Origin: Anaerolineae bacterium
GTDB taxonomy: Bacteria > Chloroflexota > Anaerolineae > JAADDB01
Assembly: GCA_015490995.1 (NCBI GenBank)
Contig: WFWT01000038.1
Coordinates: forward strand, 25 to 64,024
DNA length: 64,000 nt
Direction: 5' to 3'
The notes beneath the pieces were generated by a model, which saw only the letters and a program-made list of their open reading frames with translations, was not told the DNA's origin and searched no databases. The position numbers were made by a program, and so were the translations under genes. Below are positions 52,952-60,324 of the stretch, piece by piece. Within the stretch, counting starts at the first letter, position 1, and each line of letters starts with the position of its first letter.

Positions 52952-53767
52952 ATGCCTGAACTGCCAGAAGTGGAAACAATTCGCCGGGAGCTTGCTCCGT
53001 TAGTAGTGGGACGTTGTCTGGTCACCGTACAGTTTTATTGGCCGCCGGTGGCGGCGTTGCCCCCGGCCGACGCGTTCGCCCGGGAAGTGAAAGGCCGGTG
53101 TGTGCGGGCAGTGGGCCGACGGGGCAAGTATCTGTTTCTGGAACTTGACGGTTCCCGATACTTTTTCGTTCACCTGCGCATGACCGGTCAGCTTCACCGT
53201 GAGGCTTATCCCTTCTCCCCAGACCCCCACACGCGCGCGGCTATCGTGTTGGATGACGGTTATGCGTTACGGTTCCGGGATCAGCGGAAGTTTGGCCGGT
53301 TTTATCTGGTTGATGATCCGGAACGCGTGGTGGGGGACCTGGGTCCCGAGCCATTGGATCCTTCTTGGACTCCCCAAAAGCTGGCAGATGTGTGTCGTCA
53401 TCGGCGCGCGTCGGTGAAAGCTGTCCTTCTGGACCAACACGCGGTAGCCGGGCTGGGGAACATCTACGCGGACGAAGCACTCTTTGTGGCGGGCATTCAC
53501 CCTTGCCGGCAGGCGGCCTCCTTGACAGAGGAGGAAGTAGCTCGCCTCCACGCGGCCATACGCCACGTGTTAACGGAAGCTATCCGGCAAGGGGGCACTA
53601 CTATGCGCTCGTACGTGCGTCCTACAGGTACTACGGGGACGTACCAACATCACCGGCGAGTCTACCGGCGTGCAGGGATGCCCTGTCCTCGCTGCCAGAC
53701 GCCCATTCAGCGTTGTCGAGTGCAAGGGCGCTCAACGCACTTTTGTCCCCACTGTCAGCCCCTGTGA
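52952..53767 (+). CDS. mutM: formamidopyrimidine-DNA glycosylase (Fpg/MutM)
   Basis: It has the N-terminal MPELPEVE motif (catalytic Pro2), H2TH and a C-terminal zinc finger (CPRCQTPI ... CPHCQ). The track ORF starts at 52928 (MAFSGASSM-). Confidence 0.9.
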   Translation: MPELPEVETIRRELAPLVVGRCLVTVQFYWPPVAALPPADAFAREVKGRCVRAVGRRGKYLFLELDGSRYFFVHLRMTGQLHREAYPFSPDPHTRAAIVLDDGYALRFRDQRKFGRFYLVDDPERVVGDLGPEPLDPSWTPQKLADVCRHRRASVKAVLLDQHAVAGLGNIYADEALFVAGIHPCRQAASLTEEEVARLHAAIRHVLTEAIRQGGTTMRSYVRPTGTTGTYQHHRRVYRRAGMPCPRCQTPIQRCRVQGRSTHFCPHCQPL

Positions 53768-53786
53768 ACCTGCCATTGGATGTGTG

Positions 53787-53996
53787 TTACTCGGGCGTAA
53801 TCCCGGTCAGGCGTTCATATTCACGCCACAGGGAGCGCTCCTCCTCCTCAGCAGCTTGACGGGCTTCCCGGTATACCCGATGTACAAGATCACGGATGGT
53901 CGCCTGATGCGGATCGTCGGCATTGGCTGTGAACAGGCCCACCAGAAACCCACCTGCCGTGCCGAGGAGCATACCCCATAACCAAGCACCTAGCAT
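53787..53996 (-). CDS. small (69 aa) single-TM protein with a charged C-terminal tail
   Basis: A strong GAGGAGGG RBS lies 4 nt upstream of the ATG. The N-terminus (MLGAWLWGMLLGTAGGFLVGLF) is a TM helix and the tail is acidic and basic. No family is recognised. Confidence 0.45.
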   Translation of the reverse strand: MLGAWLWGMLLGTAGGFLVGLFTANADDPHQATIRDLVHRVYREARQAAEEEERSLWREYERLTGITPE

Positions 53997-54197
53997 GATG
54001 CCCTCCTCTTATCCAAAGCCCGGTAACTTAAGGATACACGATTTAATTCGTTTCGGATAAGCAGAGGCTCTCGGTAGTATATTATGATGGTGGAGTTAAG
54101 CCAGGGGCGTACATTGTGGTATGACCAAGGGGGAGCCATTGAGCACCGGAGCCTGGTTGAATGCTCATCCTGAGGGTCGAAGGGAGGGGAAACAGGC

Positions 54198-54836
54198 ATG
54201 GCATCTTCTGTGATACGGCGTGAGGCAGTGTTGCGTGCATTGCGGGTGCGCAAAATCCATTTGCGGAAACACGTGTTGGCCCGTGTTCCTGAGGCCGTTG
54301 CCCGAGAGTTCCGCCATGCATGGGCGCCCGTGGACGCCCTTGTGGGATATTTTGGACTGTTTCCTGACCAGTTGCTGCACTTCTGGGCAGAACACCCGGC
54401 AGGCCATGTGGTGATCACCGAGGGAGAGGCAGGATACGTGCCCGGTACGGTACATGAGGGGCGTCGTGTCCTGCAGGGGGTGGCGTTTATCCCGGTGACA
54501 AGCCTGGTCGGCGAGGGAGAACACCCTCTGTTGTTCGTAGCCCATGTGTTGGATCACCTGTTGGGATGTAATGGCGCGGTAGACGGGATATGGCTGTCTG
54601 AGGGGGGAGGGTACACCGAGCTCTGGCAGGAGGTGGGGCAGCGACTGCAACGACAATTTGCCCTGGGGTACGCGAGCACAGAGGCCGCACGCACCGATCC
54701 GCGCCGTTACTTTGCCGAGGGGTTAGTCGCCTACTGGCGCGATCGCGTTGGTTTGCGGGTGCAGGATCCAGGTTTGGAAGCAATTTTTCGCACCACGGTA
54801 TTGTCCCACGCGTTCTGGCAACGCGTGGGTGTGTGA
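54198..54836 (+). CDS. hypothetical protein (212 aa), no recognisable domain
   Basis: This is a long ORF in an otherwise gene-free interval. A -10-like TATATT lies upstream, and codon usage is consistent with its neighbours. Confidence 0.5.
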   Translation: MASSVIRREAVLRALRVRKIHLRKHVLARVPEAVAREFRHAWAPVDALVGYFGLFPDQLLHFWAEHPAGHVVITEGEAGYVPGTVHEGRRVLQGVAFIPVTSLVGEGEHPLLFVAHVLDHLLGCNGAVDGIWLSEGGGYTELWQEVGQRLQRQFALGYASTEAARTDPRRYFAEGLVAYWRDRVGLRVQDPGLEAIFRTTVLSHAFWQRVGV

Positions 54837-55013
54837 CCACCCCGTCTGCCTGCGGCGACCGGGGAAGGGGGCAGTTATTTGCGGTCCGGCCATATCACCG
54901 GGTATGATAGGTGTACTGCTGGGCGGGCACGCTGCAACGTGGAGTCTGTACAAGGAAGCCGTGGCCATCCTTGGCGGAGGACGTAACGCCCAGGGAAGGA
55001 AGGGAGCCCATCC

Positions 55014-55460
55014 ATGATCATAACCACGCGGACGCTCTTGTGGGGTGGGTTGATCGTTAGCCTCTTTGCCTGGCCCAGCCTGGTGATCCTAACGGGTTTT
55101 GCCCGGCCCACACGTTGGAACGTGGTGCTGGCTTTGGAGTTGACCTTTGTGGCGGTGACGGCACTGGCCGTCACCGTGCTGGCCTTCATCTTTCGCATGC
55201 GCGGGAAGGATTACCCTCGACGTGTGTTGCGGGAGGGGGTGCTCATCGGCCTTGTGGTCGTGCTCCTATTAGCCCTCCAGTATCTGCGTTTGCTGACGTG
55301 GATTATTGCCCTGGGGCTGGTACTGGTGTTCCTGCTGCTGGAAGGCCTTTTTCTCTACCGCGAACGACGGCATCAGAAAACACCTGCTCCTGCTGCTGAA
55401 CGCCCTGAGGTTCGTCCCCGACCCCGGGCACGGCGGGAACGCAAGACACCCTCCTCCTGA
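55014..55460 (+). CDS. hypothetical membrane protein (4 TM) with basic Pro-rich C-terminus
   Basis: It has four hydrophobic segments and a C-terminal RERRHQKTPAPAAERPEVRPRPRARRERK. Confidence 0.5.
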   Translation: MIITTRTLLWGGLIVSLFAWPSLVILTGFARPTRWNVVLALELTFVAVTALAVTVLAFIFRMRGKDYPRRVLREGVLIGLVVVLLLALQYLRLLTWIIALGLVLVFLLLEGLFLYRERRHQKTPAPAAERPEVRPRPRARRERKTPSS

Positions 55461-55569
55461 ACGCGAGCCCTTTTGCACTACCCCAGAGTGCCGGTTGTCA
55501 GGGTACAATCAAGCCCGACGAGTACAACCCGGCCTGTCAGACATTTTCTAGGAAGGGATGAGGTGAGTC

Positions 55570-56898
55570 ATGCGGGCATTTCCGGAAGGGTTCCTCTGGG
55601 GGACGGCGACGAGCAGTCACCAAGTGGAGGGGAATAACGACAACAATCAGTGGGCCTTGTGGGAACAACTGCCGGGGCGTATCTGGCAGGGGCAAAAGGC
55701 AGGACGGGCCTGTGATTGGTGGCGTAACGCGGAGCGGGATTTCGACCTGATGGTACAGTTGCATCAGAACGCGCATCGGTTAAGCATCGAGTGGAGTCGT
55801 GTGGAACCTGAAGCCGGTCAGTTCGACGCCCAAGCTCTCGCACGCTATCGAACAATGATCGCCGGTTTACGGGAGCGCGGCATTCGACCCATGGTGACGC
55901 TTCATCACTTCACCGAGCCCCTTTGGTTCTGGCGTCAAGGCTCGTGGCGTCATCCCCAGGCACTGGCGCGGTTCCGTCGTTACGTGGAGCGGGTGGTGGA
56001 CGTGCTCGGTGATCTGGTGGATCTGTGGTGTACCGTCAATGAGCCGGTAGTATACGCGGCGTTGGGCTACCTGATAGGGCGATTTCCACCAGGCCAGCAT
56101 CACCCGGTACGCGGTTTCCAGGTCCTGCGGCAGCTGGTGCTAGCCCACGCCACCGCGTATCACACCATCCATGAGCGCCGGCCCGGGGCTCAAGTGGGGT
56201 TGGCTAAGAGCCTGTTCATCTTCGCCCCATGGCGTCCTCATCGTCCCCTGGACGTTCTCATGACCACGCTGGTCCGATACCTTTACAACCAGCTGGTACT
56301 GGACGCGGTACACGATGGCCATCTCCGTCCCCCTTTGGGGTGGGACACCCAACCTTATCCGGGGTTGGCTCACACTGCCGATTTCATCGGCATCAACTAC
56401 TACGGCCGCACTATGGTTGCCTTTTCGCCACGGCACCTCAGAACCTTTTTCATCCACGAGTTCACGCACCCGGCGGGGGAAACCACGGACATTACCGCTA
56501 CCGGCGAGCCGTACAGTGAGGTGTATCCCCAAGGATTGTATGAGCTCGTGCGGTGGGTATGGCAACGGTATCGAAAGCCCATCTATGTTACGGAAAATGG
56601 ACTGCCGGACGAGGATGATGACCAGCGCCCCCGTTTTATTGTCCGCCATTTGGCAGCGTTGCACCGGGCATGGCAAGAGGGCGCGGATGTGCGCGGGTAT
56701 TTTCACTGGACGCTGGTGGACAACTTTGAATGGGCCGACGGGTGGAAGTTGCGCTTCGGCTTGGTCGCCTTGAACCCGGAGACGCAGGATCGTACCCCGC
56801 GACCTAGCGCGCACGTCTACGCACGCATTTGTCAGACAAATGGGATCCCCGACGACCTGTGGACCCAGTACGGGGTGAACACGGACGCCACGGCGTGA
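55570..56898 (+). CDS. GH1 family beta-glucosidase
   Basis: It has the N-terminal FPEGFLWGTATSSHQVEG, the acid/base TENG context and the nucleophile motif YVTENG. Confidence 0.9.
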   Translation: MRAFPEGFLWGTATSSHQVEGNNDNNQWALWEQLPGRIWQGQKAGRACDWWRNAERDFDLMVQLHQNAHRLSIEWSRVEPEAGQFDAQALARYRTMIAGLRERGIRPMVTLHHFTEPLWFWRQGSWRHPQALARFRRYVERVVDVLGDLVDLWCTVNEPVVYAALGYLIGRFPPGQHHPVRGFQVLRQLVLAHATAYHTIHERRPGAQVGLAKSLFIFAPWRPHRPLDVLMTTLVRYLYNQLVLDAVHDGHLRPPLGWDTQPYPGLAHTADFIGINYYGRTMVAFSPRHLRTFFIHEFTHPAGETTDITATGEPYSEVYPQGLYELVRWVWQRYRKPIYVTENGLPDEDDDQRPRFIVRHLAALHRAWQEGADVRGYFHWTLVDNFEWADGWKLRFGLVALNPETQDRTPRPSAHVYARICQTNGIPDDLWTQYGVNTDATA

Positions 56899-56983
56899 TG
56901 GGGGTGGAATTAGGCGGGGGCCATAATGAACCACGGCAACAGGGACACCGTCATTTTCACGCGTTTGTTCCTCTAGGTGAGCC

Positions 56984-58762
56984 ATGATCGCGTACGGGGT
57001 GCTGGTTATCCTGTTGGTCACCGCGTTAGCCTTGGCACTGGGGCGCTGGCCTGTGGACTTGGTCGCGTTGACCGTGCTCCTGGTGCTGGTCCTGACAGGC
57101 ATTCTCACCCCGGCGGAAAGTCTCCAAGGGTTCGCCGCGCCGGTGACGATCATCGTGGCCGGTACATACATGATCGGCATGGGATTACGCCGGGCAGGTG
57201 TGGGAACCGTGGTAGCTACGGTGCTGGTGCGGTTGGCCGGCACCGATGAACGGCGTATTATTTTCGCGTTGACGCTGGTGGCCGCCTTTCTTTCGGCTTT
57301 TTTGGCCAACTTGGCCGTGTTTGCGCTCATGCTGCCAGCGACCCTGACTTTGGCCGAACGTTATCATCTGCGCCCGGGTAAAGTACTCCTCCCTTTGGCC
57401 ATAGCTTGCAACGTGGGGGGGCTGCTTACCCTACTGGGGGCTACACCGAACCTGGCCGCGTCTTCCCTGCTGGTGCAGGCCGGTTATGCCCCACTGGATC
57501 TCTTCGCGCTGACCCCTGTCGCCTTGCCGGCAACCCTCTTTGCCGCGCTGTACCTGAGCCTGGTGACCCCACGTTTTTTGCCTTCCGGTGAACTGCGTCG
57601 GCCCAGTCGACCTACCTTCGCCCAGATAGCGCATGATTATGGCCTGGAGCGCGGGTTACAATTGCTGCGTGTGCGTCAGCATTCCAGCCTTATCGGACGC
57701 CCTTTACGAGAATTGCACCTGCGGGAAGCGTATGGAGTCTCTATCTTGGAAATTCAACGTGGGCACCGACGTATCTCACCACCATCCCCGGACGACACCT
57801 TGATGCCCAACGACATCATTGTGGTGGAAGGTCGCCCCGGTGGCGTGGCCCAGCTGGTTGCCCAGCACACTCTGGAGCCGTTGGGGCGGTGGTCCCTGGA
57901 ACGGGTGGCACGGCAACTGCCAGAGGATGTAGTGATGGCGGAGGTGCTGATTCCCCCGCGTTCTCCGCTGGCCGGCCGGACGCCGGCAGAGGTCAACCTG
58001 CGAGCACGGTTTGGCATCCATGTGATCGCCCTGTTGCGGGAGGGTCAGGCCCAGACTGAAGAAGTACGCACTACTCGCTTGCGGGTGGGAGATAGCCTGT
58101 TGGTGGAAGGGCCACGACACGGCATCCGACGAGCCGTAGAAGAAGGGTGGCTGATCGCCGCACATTACCTGGAAGAAGAACCCGGCGCGCAACCTACCGG
58201 CCGCCTCTGGATCGCGCTCACCATTGTCCTGGGCATGATCGTGAGTGTGGGGATCAACCTGTGGCCCCTGGAAATCGGTATGTTGCTGGCCGTGTTGCTC
58301 CTGGTGGCTACCGGGTGCCTCAAACCGTACGAAATGTATCGGGTCGTGCACTGGCGCACGGTCATCATGATCGCGGCTCTCCTGCCCCTGGGCACCGCGA
58401 TGGAGAAGAGCGGCGCAGCAGCCTTGTTGGGGGCTTTCCTAAACACCCTCTTTGGTCCTTGGGGAGAGAATGCCTTAATTTCCGGCTTCTTTCTCTCCAC
58501 CCTTCTGTTGACCCAGGTCCTCTCCAACACCGCGGTCGCCGTGTTGATGACCCCGGTCGCCCTTTCCCTGGCCACGACGTATCGTGTGTCCCCTTACCCC
58601 TTTGTGCTCGCCATTGTGTTCGGCAGCTCGGCGAGCTTTCTCACTCCCCTTACCGACGCGCTGAACATCACCGTGCGGGACCAGGGGGGATATCGCTTTT
58701 GGGATTACGTGCTCGCCGCCGGTCCTATCGTGCTCCTGTTCTGGCTCTTGTTGCTCCGGTGA
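56984..58762 (+). CDS. SLC13/DASS-family permease with two central TrkA-C (RCK_C) domains
   Basis: N- and C-terminal multi-TM transporter halves flank two RCK_C-like domains (GRPLRELHLREAYGVSILEIQRG ... ; GRTPAEVNLRARFGIHVIALLREG ...). Confidence 0.85.
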   Translation: MIAYGVLVILLVTALALALGRWPVDLVALTVLLVLVLTGILTPAESLQGFAAPVTIIVAGTYMIGMGLRRAGVGTVVATVLVRLAGTDERRIIFALTLVAAFLSAFLANLAVFALMLPATLTLAERYHLRPGKVLLPLAIACNVGGLLTLLGATPNLAASSLLVQAGYAPLDLFALTPVALPATLFAALYLSLVTPRFLPSGELRRPSRPTFAQIAHDYGLERGLQLLRVRQHSSLIGRPLRELHLREAYGVSILEIQRGHRRISPPSPDDTLMPNDIIVVEGRPGGVAQLVAQHTLEPLGRWSLERVARQLPEDVVMAEVLIPPRSPLAGRTPAEVNLRARFGIHVIALLREGQAQTEEVRTTRLRVGDSLLVEGPRHGIRRAVEEGWLIAAHYLEEEPGAQPTGRLWIALTIVLGMIVSVGINLWPLEIGMLLAVLLLVATGCLKPYEMYRVVHWRTVIMIAALLPLGTAMEKSGAAALLGAFLNTLFGPWGENALISGFFLSTLLLTQVLSNTAVAVLMTPVALSLATTYRVSPYPFVLAIVFGSSASFLTPLTDALNITVRDQGGYRFWDYVLAAGPIVLLFWLLLLR

Positions 58763-58905
58763 TACCTCCCGCGTCCGGTGGGACCGGTGTAGGCAGGGTT
58801 GCAGCAGTTGTCAGACAACTGCTGTTCCACCTATAATGGCCTTGCGGGGGACGTGTGTGGCCCGTCAGAGGGCACGAAATCGAACCGGACTCACAAGGAG
58901 GCGGT

Positions 58906-60276
58906 ATGGCGAACACATTTGTTCCTGGCCCCACGTACGAGGAGATGCGTCATCCGGAAAAGATCCGGCCGGACATACGGGCTCAGGCACAGCAGGCACT
59001 GCACTCCGACGAGTTGAACCCCATCAACCTGTTCAACATTCACTGGAAGGATGCGCAGAATCGGGTGCGTTATGTGGTGTTACCGGAGGAGTTGACGGGA
59101 GTTGAAGCTAACATCATTGTGCTTGTGGGCAAAGATTTCCCCTCAGGCAGCCACAAGGTAGGGCCGGTGTACACAACCTTGATGGAAGCAGAGGTTATGG
59201 AGGGTGTGCGTCCCGGTGAGCGGGTGGTGGTGGGACCGTCCACGGGGAATTTTGGCATTGGCACGGCTTACGTAGCCCGACTGCGGGGGTATCAATCTCT
59301 GGTTGTGATGCCTGACAGCATGAGCGCAGAACGGTACGAGCGTATCCGCAAATACGGCGGTGATCTGGATTTGACTCCAGGTTCAGAGGCGGATGTTATT
59401 TTGACCCTGGAACGGACCCATGAGGTGTACATGAAGGACCCCCGTTATCTGGTGCTGGCCCAGTTCGAGTTGTTGCCCAATTACCGATTTCACCGTTATG
59501 TGACGGGATGGGCGGTCATTGAAGCGGCTCGTGAAGTGGGCAACAAGCGTGTGGACGCTTTTGTGTGCGCGCCTGGTTCCGCAGGCACTATCGCTGCGGC
59601 GGATGAGATCCTCACCTATTATCCGGACGCGGTGATCGTGGCCTTGGAGCCGCGTGAGTGTCCCACCCTTTACAACGGTGGCCAAGGGCAGCATCGGATA
59701 GAAGGCATAGGCGATAAGATGGTGACCCTCATCCACAACGTGTTGACCACCGATTACATTATGCTCATTCACGACGATGACAGCGTCAAGGGATTGAAGG
59801 TCCTCCAGGATGGTACCGACGTCCTGGTGGAACGGTTGGGTGTCCCTCGCGAGGTCGCGGCATCCTGGCGGGGGCTGTTCGGCATCTCGAGCGTGTGTAA
59901 CATTATCGGTGCGATTAAAACAGCCCGCTTCCTGGGACTGGGGCGGGGGGATAACGTGGTCACCATCGCCACCGATGGGTTCGATCGGTACCCTTCGGTG
60001 ATGGCCGACCTGGAACAGCGACGGGGCCCCATCGACGCGGACCGCTTGGAAATGTGGGCCCGGGGCATCTTTCGCGGGGCGACGACCCAGGAGATCCTGG
60101 ACGTGCGCTCGCGAGAACAGAAGAACCGGCTGTTCCGCATGAAAGAGGCGTTGTGGACTCGCTTTGGTTATAGTGAAGCTTACCTGCGACAGATGCAGAG
60201 CCAGGATTTCTGGGATGCGGAGTATGCGAAGATCCCCGAGATTGACCGCCGTTTGCGCGCGTTGCGGGGGTGGTAA
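58906..60276 (+). CDS. PLP-dependent enzyme, tryptophan-synthase-beta-like fold (fold type II) with a ~120-aa C-terminal extension; function unknown
   Basis: It has a candidate PLP lysine in SGSHKVGP (TrpB-like HK), a Gly-rich loop (GPSTGNFGIGTAYVA) and a PALP-like pattern. The start was refined to MANTFVPG, which has a GGAGG RBS; the track ORF starts at 58855. Confidence 0.75.
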   Translation: MANTFVPGPTYEEMRHPEKIRPDIRAQAQQALHSDELNPINLFNIHWKDAQNRVRYVVLPEELTGVEANIIVLVGKDFPSGSHKVGPVYTTLMEAEVMEGVRPGERVVVGPSTGNFGIGTAYVARLRGYQSLVVMPDSMSAERYERIRKYGGDLDLTPGSEADVILTLERTHEVYMKDPRYLVLAQFELLPNYRFHRYVTGWAVIEAAREVGNKRVDAFVCAPGSAGTIAAADEILTYYPDAVIVALEPRECPTLYNGGQGQHRIEGIGDKMVTLIHNVLTTDYIMLIHDDDSVKGLKVLQDGTDVLVERLGVPREVAASWRGLFGISSVCNIIGAIKTARFLGLGRGDNVVTIATDGFDRYPSVMADLEQRRGPIDADRLEMWARGIFRGATTQEILDVRSREQKNRLFRMKEALWTRFGYSEAYLRQMQSQDFWDAEYAKIPEIDRRLRALRGW

Positions 60277-60324
60277 CCAACGAGAGGGGGAGCACTTTCT
60301 AACCCAGGGTCAAAGAGCGGGGGC

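Noticed and set aside
56140-57330. 396-aa minus-strand ORF spanning the GH1 and SLC13 genes
   Set aside because: It is antisense to two well-supported genes and crosses their intergenic gap. It is a typical GC-rich stop-free frame.
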